This document shows positions 59,301 through 64,000 of a stretch of DNA of 64,000 nucleotides, piece after piece. Made by a program: the position numbers and the translations under genes. The stretch is from Neocallimastix sp. 'constans' (Eukaryota). Each line of letters begins with the position of its first letter. The stretch's first letter is position 1. The stretch lies in NCBI GenBank assembly GCA_050613775.1, contig JBODTK010000108.1, positions 1-64,000 on the forward strand, written 5' to 3'. The notes below the pieces were generated by a model, which saw only the letters and a program-made list of their open reading frames with translations, did no database searches and was not told where the DNA came from.

Positions 59301-59913
59301 TTCTTCTTTTTTATCTATTTATATACTTATTCGAAAAAAAAAATTACATAAATGAGCAGTTATTTATTTCAGCTTGAATTGTATAATCAGATTGTTCTTT
59401 AAAAGAATAATCAAAGTATAATATATTATTAGAAAGTTCATTAAATGTACAATTATTAAGTTGAATTAAAAAATCATTTTTATAATTTGGATTTCTAAAG
59501 TTTAATACACTATCGAAATTATCATCATTAAAATAATTATAAAAAGTAATATTATGAAAAATCAATTTTTTATTATTTGTCCCAAAATTAAAATTAAAAT
59601 TTATGAAAGATTTAGAAGCATGCTGAAAATCAAGGATAGCACCTTTTTCACTATAAAAAATTATATTCGTAGCAATATTTATAGAATTTCTACCCTCTGC
59701 TGGTATTATGTAATGGTCATCTACTAAATTAAATTTTATTTCATTTGTATAAGAATTTTCTATTACTTTATTGATTGTTTCTGAAAAAGTTTTCATCTCA
59801 TCCTTACGAATGATGACATTAATGGGATATACATTGGATATATAATGTATTAAAAATATATATAATATTATATATAATTTTTTTATATTGAAAAATACTT
59901 TTTTTATTTTCAT
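54095..59913 (-). CDS. Large receptor: signal peptide, pectin-lyase-like/Pmp beta-helix repeats, EGF-like domain, multi-pass (class C GPCR-like) membrane domain; multi-exon
   Basis: FxxN and GGVIY/GGVFY repeats (FQNNYALNGGVIY, FIRNEAKYFGGVIY). EGF CECLPGWKGYYC. TM region DTGYFKCELLLLG...KHGGILII...KWKYQCPL. Cys-rich C-terminus CVLHKSYECGC. Confidence 0.8.
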
Positions 59914-60719
59914 ATTTTTACAATCTATTAATTATGATAGATATTTAAATATTTTATTCAAATATTTGGTTGATGATATTTTCTTAATGTAACAAATTTA
60001 TCAATTATATTGTCATTTTTCAATATAATCAATTAAAATATTGTTTTTTTTTTTATTTTTATTTTTTTTTTTTATTTATTTATTTTATTTTTTTATATAA
60101 ATACTTTTTCGTGTTATTTAAAAAGCAATATATGATTATACATATTGTTAAATATTTTATTCTTTTCTGTATAAAATATATTTTAAATTTGATTTTTATT
60201 AAAAATTTAAAATTTTTATTAATGGAAAAAGGATCCGTATTTTAAAGTAATTCAATTGAATTTAATTATTATTATTTTTTTATGTAATATAAAATTTTTA
60301 ACGAAATAAAGAACTAAAATTAACTCTAAATCATATATAATAATTATATTTTATATGCAATATGTAAGATTATTTAATAAAAATTAGAATAAAAAAAGTT
60401 TTTATTTTTTTTTGTCTTCTTTTTTCTTCACATAATATATGTACATATAATTTTTTTTTTTTTGTTAATATTTGGGAGAGAATATATTTAAAAGGTTTAG
60501 TTTATTAATTATAAAATGAATATTTAATAATTTATTTAACAAAGTTTTATTATTAATATTTTAATAAAAAATATGATTATTTAAAATAAAAATCTTATTT
60601 AAATAAATATGGATAATTTACTAGATTAATTTAACTAAATAAAACTAAATAAACTTGACGATATATTAAAAAAAGTTAATTTAATCAAAAATTTAAGTAT
60701 TAATATATAACATTTATCG

Positions 60720-64000
<3,281 letters not shown>

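Overview
Extremely AT-rich, intron-rich eukaryotic DNA, most consistent with an anaerobic gut fungus (Neocallimastigomycota). This is inferred from a fungal dockerin remnant, a beta-helix/EGF class-C-like GPCR and an intronless bacterial-type AAA/PD-(D/E)XK gene. Apparently intact genes: a secreted Kelch-repeat multi-pass membrane protein, a 4-RRM Mrn1/Nrd1(Msa2)-like protein, the AAA-ATPase/PD-(D/E)XK nuclease, a strongly divergent eS19 (RPS19) paralogue, copine, CDC6, a NOPCHAP1/DUF4598 protein, HTATSF1/Cus2 and the GPCR. Repeats and mobile DNA: a short Mutator-like element with TIRs and an exact 9-bp TSD, and a nested cluster at 12.8-15.9 kb (dockerin pseudogene, copia remnant, a tiny retro-insert with TSD, and a probable endogenous CRESS-DNA virus capsid pseudogene). 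There is also a decayed LINE, several LINE 3' fragments sharing a GGAAG-N8-CTTCC stem-loop before poly(A), and two composite (AAAAT)n satellites. All translations and splice models were read by eye and no database searches were run.
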